From positions 1,110,001-1,142,000 of the forward strand of contig JBDHVY010000001.1 of assembly GCA_039809905.1 (NCBI GenBank): a DNA stretch of 32,000 bases, given 5' to 3'. This document shows, piece after piece, positions 24,997-32,000 of this stretch. The stretch is from Candidatus Babelota bacterium. Lineage in GTDB: Bacteria > Babelota > Babeliae > Babelales > Vermiphilaceae. Below the pieces are notes generated by a model. The model ran no database searches. It was not told the DNA's origin and saw only the letters and a list, made by a program, of their open reading frames with translations. The translations under genes were made by a program, and so were the position numbers. Numbering within the stretch: the stretch's first letter is position 1; the number at the start of each line of letters is the position of its first letter.

Positions 24997-27462
24997 TTAT
25001 TTTTTCACGTGTTCTCTGGTAAATGTAAACAATGCTTGCTCGTCATCTTCTGATTGTACAACCATTGATGGATCTTGCCGGTCAATTTTATTATCGATAT
25101 ATTTGGTAATTGATTCCAATGTTATTGGTTTTCTTATTTTACTTGTTTCTTGTGGTGTTAATAAGCTGTTTGCAATGGTTGCAATAGGAGCTGATTTTAC
25201 TGGCTGTGAACTGAATCTGATTTTTTTCATATATGCGTAAAGATTTTTTGGATCTTCAAAGTTTTTAATTGCAAAGCTACATTGATAGATATTTTGATTG
25301 AGTTCAAAATATACTTTTATATTGAGTCCTATTGTGCCAATTTTAACATCTTGAGCAGTAATAGGGTTCATTTGCATTGGTTGGCTTGGTGTCATAGGAC
25401 TAGAACCAGATACATTTTTCATCTGTATAATAAAGTTTTTAATTGCACCTTGTTGTGCAGGTAATCCAGACTGTTGATAATCAATGCCTTTTAAGGTTTG
25501 GACTACCGATGTTTGCGGGTATTGCCGTGCATTAAGATATGTACTATGAAATAAAAATGATTGGAGTGTGCCTTCAAAGTTTATTTCTTTAAAGCTATGA
25601 ATCGCTTCATATGCAGGAGTGAATTTCGATGGCGATGGAAACACTATAGCAGTATGACCACTACTACTTTCTTTACCTAAGTTGAGAGGAACGCCAATAC
25701 GCCGTGTAGTTATCATAAGAACATCAATATCAGCACTGCGCACATCAATAGGTTTTCTTTCACGTTCATGATCTTGGACAATCTTACGCGTTAAAATTTT
25801 TGTACTTTTGCTTAATGGTATTGCTTTAAAAAAGCCAGCTTTAGGAAAACGAACAAACGCTTGATTTTGTGGCCTATCATCTAAGTTGACAGTTTTAAGA
25901 ATAGTCTGAATAGAATCGTTTCTTCTTTCTTTTGTTGTGATAAACTTTCTTATAAGACTAAAGAATTCTGAGAAGTTTTGCCCTGTAATTTGTATGCCGG
26001 GCTTATCGCTGCGTACTTCTATTTTTACTTGAGATGAGGTATATCCTTCTTGTATTCCTTGCGATGATGCAATAAAATCTACGTCCAGTTTTGAAAGTGT
26101 TTCATTAACAAAAGTTTGATTAGAGCCACCTGCAAAACAGGTTACATAATGTACAAATGCAGTAGTAAGACTTCCATCAAAAAAAGTCATTAATTGTGCA
26201 AAGTCAGGTGCCATGATTCCTGCTATTTGAGCAGATTCAGGGACAAGTTGTGTATTTGACCATCCCGATCTTCCTTCCAACATTTTTTCATATTCTTTTG
26301 CTTTTGCTCCAACAAAAGCTGTTGGCATTCTTTGTTGTGTCTTTGGATCTATTATGTGATAGTTTTTTGGATTATCAAGATGAGCTTTCATCATAGCATA
26401 TTGTTGGCGTACAAATTCCATTGTCATATGAGCTGGGCTACCATGTCCGGTGAGATATATGATCCACTTGCTGTTATCTTGGTTAGGTGAAATTGGTATG
26501 CCATTTCTTTCTTGTATCGTAAACATTGATGTTAGATTAAAAATAAATTTATCACTGTTTTCGGGTTTTGTTTTTTCTATCTGCAGTTGTTTGAGAAGAT
26601 TGTTTGGGGTTGTATCTGTTATTGTGGTCAGTACTGCTTGATTAAAGCCGCATGCTGCTGCTTGATCACTGAGGCTTAAATTTATAGCCTTGGATGAATT
26701 AGCACGAATATATTCTTTTGGTATCAGCAACACTAATTTTTCTGATTTATGAAAGTAGCAATTAAGATTGTTTGCATCAAAAAGAATATTGCCCAGAAAG
26801 AATACTGAAAGAGAACTTATTCCAGCAACTCTGACATTGGCAAGCAACTGTTGTGATGCTTTAAGTTGTTCCATGGCAGATAAGGAGCGTAATTTTTGTA
26901 AATTCTGATCACCTATTTGTTGGCGCACGGTAAGAATAATTTCAAATACATTGTGCGTCATTATTATCGGAGCTGCTTTTTGGTAGAGCGTAATGAGTGC
27001 CGTTTGAACCATTGATTCGGCACCTCTTTCTACCGTTTCTTTTTTTCGGGGATCGAGGGCCATAACAACATTATTGGTGATAAAACCTTTTTCAATAGGT
27101 ATATTTTTTTGTGGTGCTTGAGGCTGTGCAACTGGTTGAACAGGTATTATTGGTTGTGCTTGAGGTATAGGTTTGGGTTGTTGAAATCCTGGTTGTACTG
27201 GTTTTGGTTTCTGCACAGCGGGAGCTTGTGCCGTTGGAATAGGTTTTTGCTGTGCAGGAAGTTGTGCCGCAGGAGCAATCTTTTTTACTGGTTGCGGTGC
27301 GGGTTTTACTGCCGGTATAGGTTTTGCTGGTGTTGGTACTGGTACTGGAACAACTTGTTGTACCGGTTGCTGAGGTATATTTTGTTGAGCTGTTCTCTTT
27401 GCGCTTACCAAATTGATTGCACATAGTGCTAAGAGTATGATGCTATTTTTGAAAATTTTCAT
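24997..27462 (-). CDS. Large secreted protein: signal peptide, approx. 100-aa P/Q-rich region, possible diverged N-module, putative clan-CD (legumain/C13-like) cysteine peptidase core
   Basis: Leader MKIFKNSIILLALCAINLVSAKR. KWIIYLTGHGSP (His340, codon 26443-26445) and AFVHYVTCFAGGS (Cys442, codon 26137-26139), then VDFIASSQGIQEGYTSS. These resemble human legumain VFIYFTDHGS / MVFYIEACESGS / NVYATTAANPRESSY (from memory). Confidence 0.65.
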   Translation of the reverse strand: MKIFKNSIILLALCAINLVSAKRTAQQNIPQQPVQQVVPVPVPTPAKPIPAVKPAPQPVKKIAPAAQLPAQQKPIPTAQAPAVQKPKPVQPGFQQPKPIPQAQPIIPVQPVAQPQAPQKNIPIEKGFITNNVVMALDPRKKETVERGAESMVQTALITLYQKAAPIIMTHNVFEIILTVRQQIGDQNLQKLRSLSAMEQLKASQQLLANVRVAGISSLSVFFLGNILFDANNLNCYFHKSEKLVLLIPKEYIRANSSKAINLSLSDQAAACGFNQAVLTTITDTTPNNLLKQLQIEKTKPENSDKFIFNLTSMFTIQERNGIPISPNQDNSKWIIYLTGHGSPAHMTMEFVRQQYAMMKAHLDNPKNYHIIDPKTQQRMPTAFVGAKAKEYEKMLEGRSGWSNTQLVPESAQIAGIMAPDFAQLMTFFDGSLTTAFVHYVTCFAGGSNQTFVNETLSKLDVDFIASSQGIQEGYTSSQVKIEVRSDKPGIQITGQNFSEFFSLIRKFITTKERRNDSIQTILKTVNLDDRPQNQAFVRFPKAGFFKAIPLSKSTKILTRKIVQDHERERKPIDVRSADIDVLMITTRRIGVPLNLGKESSSGHTAIVFPSPSKFTPAYEAIHSFKEINFEGTLQSFLFHSTYLNARQYPQTSVVQTLKGIDYQQSGLPAQQGAIKNFIIQMKNVSGSSPMTPSQPMQMNPITAQDVKIGTIGLNIKVYFELNQNIYQCSFAIKNFEDPKNLYAYMKKIRFSSQPVKSAPIATIANSLLTPQETSKIRKPITLESITKYIDNKIDRQDPSMVVQSEDDEQALFTFTREHVKK

Positions 27463-27760
27463 ATATATTTCCTTTTAAAGATAATGATTTAATGTAGCAT
27501 GGTGGCAAAGATAAGGATCAAGGGTTTTAAGAGAATAATTTTTGCAAAGCTATCTATGTAGTAGCTATTGCAGTAGATGAACAATATAATCAATTTAACG
27601 AACGTTTTAAGCGTATTAATAAAGATAATATCAATACCAAGCATTTATTAGAATGTACATCTAAAATGAACAATTGTTTACAGATGTTGTGGAGATATAA
27701 AAATAGTTTGTCAGATGCTAGTATTTCCTCAACTCTTGATTTGCCGAATTGTTTACTTCT

Positions 27761-29620
27761 TTACCAAGAAACGCCGCCTTTTAACCAAACGGTCCAAAAG
27801 GAAAGTGCGCAGTTAATACATTTATCATCGCCAATGGCTGGTGGTGGTCCTGCTTGCCTGCCAAATTCAATTTCTGATCCAAGCCCAATGTCTGCATGTG
27901 CTCTGCCACGGGTGTTAATAACATGGTTGTAATGGGTAAATATTTTGTGCGAAAAGCCACTTGTTGTCGCACTATTACAATCAATATCCAAAGAGCTGAT
28001 AAATACTGGTTGAATGGAAGTCTTGATTTGGTTAGTAATTAGACTGTCCTCTTTGGATGCAACAAGACGTTGATTGTTTCCGGCAAATGCAGGTTGTGGA
28101 AAATCAATGCCAGGATTTTTATGAGCATTCTGAATTTGGACAGCACGTTCTGTTGGATTTGAACTGACACCCACTTTGGGCACATTTGCGCCATAATTGA
28201 TTGTTGCCCTTGTTTGCGTTGCAGAAAGTGCAACAGGAGTTTGCAAAGGTAAATCATTAGGATTATTTTGTTCTCCAATAAATCCAAAAACTTGTGCATC
28301 TCCCTTGATTGCCCACGTGTTTTGAGCAAACTGACATTTGTTTGATAGAGAAATTTGTTCGCATCCTCGTTTCCAGGCATTGTAACCAAATGTCCAATAA
28401 TTATCTTTGTGTGTGTAAGAACAGTATAATGCAACGTCAGCTTGTGCATTTGTTCGTACAATAACATCATAGGTGGTTAAATTGACAATTGAAGTAACTT
28501 CACGATCAAATTGTGCAATGGGTGTAATGCCATTTCCGGTCAAATTATCAGTGATTGTTGAAGTCATTTTTTCTGCAAGCATATAGCGGCTGTTTGGTTT
28601 TCCTTTAAGATCAAATGAACGGCGTTGGTGTGCTCTAAAGATGTGGTTTACTAATGCATCGATAAAAAAATCAACACGTTCTTCTTGTTCTTCATTGCTC
28701 CATACAACTGCGTGGGCAGTAACACCAAATCCCAATTCCCAATGATGTTGGTTCCCAACAATTGGTTCAAAAAGATATATACTTTTTGGACGATTACCAC
28801 ACGGGACGGCAACTTGCATTTTTATGCCGACATGATGCAAATCTTTTATAAAATGATCGTACCCTACATTTGTTCGTAATTCAGCACAATGAATTGCTCG
28901 TTGTGAACATGGTGACATTTTACCAAACTGTAATGGATGAAAAGTAAGATCACTAATAGTTGGTACACTGCATCCTGAAATATATTGCATGAACCCATTT
29001 AGAATATCTTTTCGTTCTACGCCATCAGGGTTAAAATATCCTGGAGCGTAACCGTTTGTACCTGCGTTGATGATTGCTTCTTTGATATTGAGATCCCAAT
29101 TGGTATAAACAATGGGTAAAAAGACCTCAGCATATAATCCTTTTACGGCATGATTAAAACCAAAAAAAGATTGTAATTCTACAACAACATTATTCACACG
29201 TGGGCGGAAACGCACCATACTCCTAAAATCAGTTGGTAGACCAAAATAATCAGCGAGCCAATCTTTTTGAGGAGTTCGTTTTTCTGTTTGACTTCCTGAT
29301 ACTATAATAAAATCTTTCCATTCGGTATCACCACTTCCTCGCCATACTACATTTTCTCCGAATAAACACTGATTAATTCGTTCTGGTCTAAAAGATGATT
29401 GTGCTGATAAAGATATCGCGTAAGTGCTATATTTTTTTTCTTGAGTGGGACAATGAATTACTTGATCCCAACCTGATACAACGCGTGGTGTATTAAAACC
29501 TTGCGATCGTGGTGAAATAATAGTAATGACTTGCGTGTTTTGTGAGTGAAGCACAGCAGAAAACAACAAAAATAAATAGATAATAAAATATATATTAATT
29601 ATCTTCATTTTATTTATCAT
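27761..29620 (-). CDS. Large outer-membrane beta-barrel protein, paralog 2
   Basis: Signal-like MINKMKIINIYFIIYLFLLFSAVLHSQN. Family motifs ADYFGLPTDF, FEPIVGNQHHWELGFG, RRSFDL, SRYMLAE. C-terminus SFWTVWLKGGVSW ends in an aromatic residue. Confidence 0.75.
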   Translation of the reverse strand: MINKMKIINIYFIIYLFLLFSAVLHSQNTQVITIISPRSQGFNTPRVVSGWDQVIHCPTQEKKYSTYAISLSAQSSFRPERINQCLFGENVVWRGSGDTEWKDFIIVSGSQTEKRTPQKDWLADYFGLPTDFRSMVRFRPRVNNVVVELQSFFGFNHAVKGLYAEVFLPIVYTNWDLNIKEAIINAGTNGYAPGYFNPDGVERKDILNGFMQYISGCSVPTISDLTFHPLQFGKMSPCSQRAIHCAELRTNVGYDHFIKDLHHVGIKMQVAVPCGNRPKSIYLFEPIVGNQHHWELGFGVTAHAVVWSNEEQEERVDFFIDALVNHIFRAHQRRSFDLKGKPNSRYMLAEKMTSTITDNLTGNGITPIAQFDREVTSIVNLTTYDVIVRTNAQADVALYCSYTHKDNYWTFGYNAWKRGCEQISLSNKCQFAQNTWAIKGDAQVFGFIGEQNNPNDLPLQTPVALSATQTRATINYGANVPKVGVSSNPTERAVQIQNAHKNPGIDFPQPAFAGNNQRLVASKEDSLITNQIKTSIQPVFISSLDIDCNSATTSGFSHKIFTHYNHVINTRGRAHADIGLGSEIEFGRQAGPPPAIGDDKCINCALSFWTVWLKGGVSW

Positions 29621-29622
29621 GT

Positions 29623-31413
29623 TTAAAATGTTGCCCCAGTTTTAACCCATAATCCCCATTGGCAAGCACTGCTTTGAGGATTATGATCTTCACAACTATT
29701 GCAATTTTGTTTTGTTCCCGGTGCCCATTCAACTTCACCACCAAAACCAAGATATGGTTGCCATGCTACTTTATCATTCCAAGTGTATGAAAGATGACCA
29801 AATAATTTATTTGAAGAACCGCTTGTTTGAGCACTATCAAAATTAAGATCATTACGAGTAATAAAAATTGGTGGAACTGATGTATTAATAAAGTTAGCTG
29901 GTGCGGATGGACTATTTGGTGCATAGACTAAATTTATTGGAGTACCGGTAGTAGGATTTGTTTGTGCTGCTTGAGGAAAATCAATGCCAGGATTTGTTGC
30001 AGGGTTAGTAGTATTGCCAGCAGCAGAAATATTTTTGCCTGCGTGTATTGTGGCATTATCTTGTGTTGCAGAAAGAGCAATAGAGGTTGTTGAGTTTGGT
30101 AAATACCCAAAGATTTGAGCATCACCTTTGAGTGCAAACATTTTTTCGGTAAATGATTCATTTTGTCTGAGGGTAATATTATCCGCAGATCTTCCCCAAT
30201 AATTATAGCCAAAATCAAAACTCCAATTTCTATGTGTAGCATTAAGCATTAATACAATATCTGCTTGTATGGCAACGCTTACCTCAACATCAAGCGTGGT
30301 AATATTTGCAAGGGGAAGAAAATCGTTATCAAATTGAGCAGATGGTACTTGTCCATTTGCACCTTTCAAATTTACTGCAGGAGATGTCATTTCCATTGCA
30401 AGCATGTATCTGCTCAAGCTTCCTGCGCGTGTTAGATCAAATGTACGTGCTTGGCGTGTTCTGAAAAGATGGGTGATATTCATATCAATATAAAAACAAC
30501 AATGACTGAGCTCATCTTCACTGTACCAAAAATCATAATGACCATTAAGACCAAAACCAAGTTCCCAAAAATGACCGTTTCCAACTAATGGTTCAAACAA
30601 AAAAAGAGCATCAGGGCGTAAGCCTGTTGGCCATGCAATTTGCCCATTAACACCTACATGATAATCGGGTTTTGCAAAAAAATTCCATCCAACAGCGGTA
30701 CGAATTTCTCCCATGCGACTTTTTAACAAGCGTTCAGTACTCATCTGAGCAAAATTCAATTCTTCAAAAGCAATATTTTCTGTGTTTTGTATAGCTTTAC
30801 CATTAACAAAGTCGGTAAAGCTATCAAGTAATTGATTGCGCATCATGCCACTGGGAGTAAGATATCCTGGTGTGCTATTATTGACACCGGGATTGATAAT
30901 GTTTTCAGTGATATTTAAATCCCATCGTGTATGTGCAAATGGTGCGTGCATGACAAAATAAAGACCTTTTGCCCATGCATCAAGACCAAGATAAAAACCA
31001 AAATCAAGAATAACGTTATCAATAACTGGTTTAAATTGAACTGTACTTTCAAAATCAGTTGGTAAATAAAAATAATCTGCAAGTAAATCACGTGGACCAC
31101 GATTACCTGATTGTGAACCAGAAATTTTAAGGTGTTGTGCGCAATCCTTGCCAATAAGATTATCACCAAACAATGTTTTGGTAATGGTATGACCATGAAA
31201 AGTATGAGTATATTCAGGAGTTATACTTAATGCTCCGTATACTCTTTCAGGAGAATTATCTTTATTAATGTAATTTGTCCATCCTGCAAGATCACGAGCT
31301 GCATTACGAGAAATTGAACGAGTATTAAAAGATGTTGCAACGTTTTGTTCTGCTTGAGCGCAAGGAATGAGAGTTGCAGAAAGCGCAAGAGAATAAAGGT
31401 ATCTTTTTTTCAC
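29623..31413 (-). CDS. Large outer-membrane beta-barrel protein, paralog 3
   Basis: Signal peptide MKKRYLYSLALSATLIPCAQAEQ. Motifs ADYFYLPTDF, FEPLVGNGHFWELGFG, ARTFDL, SRYMLAME. C-terminus CQWGLWVKTGATF. Its stop lies only 2 bp from the start codon of paralog 2. Confidence 0.75.
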   Translation of the reverse strand: MKKRYLYSLALSATLIPCAQAEQNVATSFNTRSISRNAARDLAGWTNYINKDNSPERVYGALSITPEYTHTFHGHTITKTLFGDNLIGKDCAQHLKISGSQSGNRGPRDLLADYFYLPTDFESTVQFKPVIDNVILDFGFYLGLDAWAKGLYFVMHAPFAHTRWDLNITENIINPGVNNSTPGYLTPSGMMRNQLLDSFTDFVNGKAIQNTENIAFEELNFAQMSTERLLKSRMGEIRTAVGWNFFAKPDYHVGVNGQIAWPTGLRPDALFLFEPLVGNGHFWELGFGLNGHYDFWYSEDELSHCCFYIDMNITHLFRTRQARTFDLTRAGSLSRYMLAMEMTSPAVNLKGANGQVPSAQFDNDFLPLANITTLDVEVSVAIQADIVLMLNATHRNWSFDFGYNYWGRSADNITLRQNESFTEKMFALKGDAQIFGYLPNSTTSIALSATQDNATIHAGKNISAAGNTTNPATNPGIDFPQAAQTNPTTGTPINLVYAPNSPSAPANFINTSVPPIFITRNDLNFDSAQTSGSSNKLFGHLSYTWNDKVAWQPYLGFGGEVEWAPGTKQNCNSCEDHNPQSSACQWGLWVKTGATF

Positions 31414-31603
31414 GGTTGTTATCCTTTTTTTTAAGCGCTCATATTACATCTTAAAGCATTATCAGCTTTGATAAAAAAAGGCAACGGTCTAGTGTAACCC
31501 CAATTACGTTTTGCTTCATTGTGGACACCAGTATAGAGTAACGGAGTTGGAAATAAGAGTATTGGCTTAAAGACAGTAATAATTTCAGTTTTTTAATTCT
31601 ATG

Positions 31604-31633
31604 TTGACTTGTTGATAAGCTTTATTGCATAAT
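31604..31633 (+). promoter_or_regulatory. Candidate sigma70-type promoter for the methyltransferase gene
   Basis: TTGACT (31604-31609), 18-bp spacer, CATAAT (31628-31633), about 44 bp upstream of the ATG at 31677. Confidence 0.35.
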
Positions 31634-31676
31634 TGAATTATAAAAACAAGTAGTTTTACTTTAATAAAGGATTGCT

Positions 31677-32000
31677 ATGAAAAAAATAATAAAAATAATG
31701 GTAGTTGTTTTTGTTTGTTATAGCTATGCCATGGATTTAACTAATGAAACATTATATCAAGGTTTATGCACCGAATTTTGGGATTTAGATAAACCAACAG
31801 CTGAACCGAATCAATATAATTTTTTTCGTTCTTATATTGCGCAAGCATCAGGACCTGTTTTAGAGCCAATGTGTGGAACGGGTCGTTTTCTTATTCCACT
31901 CGTTGAAGAAGGGTTTGAAATAGAAGGATTTGATGCTTCTCCATTTATGTTTAATGAGTTATGTAAAAAATGTAAGGCAAAAAATATATCTCCACGCGTA
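31677..32000 (+). CDS. Class I SAM-dependent methyltransferase, 5' part (runs off the window)
   Basis: Not in the ORF track (no stop in the window). My translation: MKKIIKIMVVVFVCYSYAMDLTNETLYQGLCTEFWDLDKP...GPVLEPMCGTGRFLIPLVEEGFEIEGFDASPFMFNEL. It has motif I (E-x-x-C/G-G-T-G) followed by the acidic beta-2 end (GFD). An alternative start is the Met at 31731. Confidence 0.7.
   Translation, partial: MKKIIKIMVVVFVCYSYAMDLTNETLYQGLCTEFWDLDKPTAEPNQYNFFRSYIAQASGPVLEPMCGTGRFLIPLVEEGFEIEGFDASPFMFNELCKKCKAKNISPRV

Noticed and set aside
27092-27426. ORFs 27109..27426 (+) and 27092..27424 (-, alternate frame); the P/Q-rich tract was also considered as a tandem DNA repeat/VNTR
   Set aside because: The ORFs are frame and antisense artefacts of the low-complexity P/Q-rich coding region. 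I could not find an exact repeating DNA unit, only compositional bias.
27666-28470. ORFs 27666..27932 (+), 27781..27984 (-) and 28039..28470 (-), inside or overlapping OMP paralog 2
   Set aside because: These are alternate-frame or antisense ORFs within a gene supported by paralogy and a terminal barrel motif.
1-32000. Scan for tRNA, rRNA, CRISPR arrays, IS transposases, integrases, toxin-antitoxin pairs, restriction-modification or other known defence modules
   Set aside because: I found no cloverleaf-like GC-rich segments, no regularly spaced direct repeats and no DDE, serine or tyrosine recombinase motifs by eye. The only nuclease-like gene is the small GIY-YIG ORF. A computational scan (tRNAscan-SE, Infernal, ISEScan, DefenseFinder) is still needed to confirm this.

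Overview
AT-rich (roughly one-third GC by eye), tightly packed bacterial chromosome segment using the standard code (TGG = Trp; TGA, TAA and TAG all used as stops). It looks like a reduced-genome, probably host-associated diderm; the taxon is inference only. The left 17.5 kb, mostly on the + strand, is housekeeping. It holds the 3' part of gyrA (GyrA-box present, very long acidic tail), dprA, and a TroA/SitA-type metal ABC importer whose binding-protein gene is separated from its ATPase and two permease genes by about 3.6 kb of orphan ORFs. It also holds an HtpX/M48-like HExxH protease, rpmF-plsX, a YfgM-like TPR protein, gltX, and a small GIY-YIG nuclease ORF bracketed by a perfect 31-bp inverted repeat. 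A FabD-family gene follows, with substitutions at the canonical Ser, Arg and Gln catalytic positions and a duplicated 3' end around a GC-rich hairpin. acpP with a strong terminator closes this part. The right 13 kb (18.5-31.4 kb, all on the - strand) is an envelope/secretome island. It contains three full-length paralogous large beta-barrel OMP genes and two 3' remnants of one of them (469-bp segmental duplication). Between the OMP genes sits a four-gene cluster of signal-peptide proteins that share a leader, a Pro-rich linker and an approx. 85-aa N-terminal module. These proteins carry different C-terminal parts: a canonical macro domain, nothing, an orphan approx. 320-aa domain, and a large protein with a legumain-like His/Cys dyad. 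This modular secreted-protein cluster embedded among the OMP paralogs is my best candidate for an undescribed system. The window ends in the 5' part of a class I SAM methyltransferase. I saw no rRNA, tRNA, CRISPR array or classical transposase. All homology statements are by-eye motif recognition from memory, not database searches.
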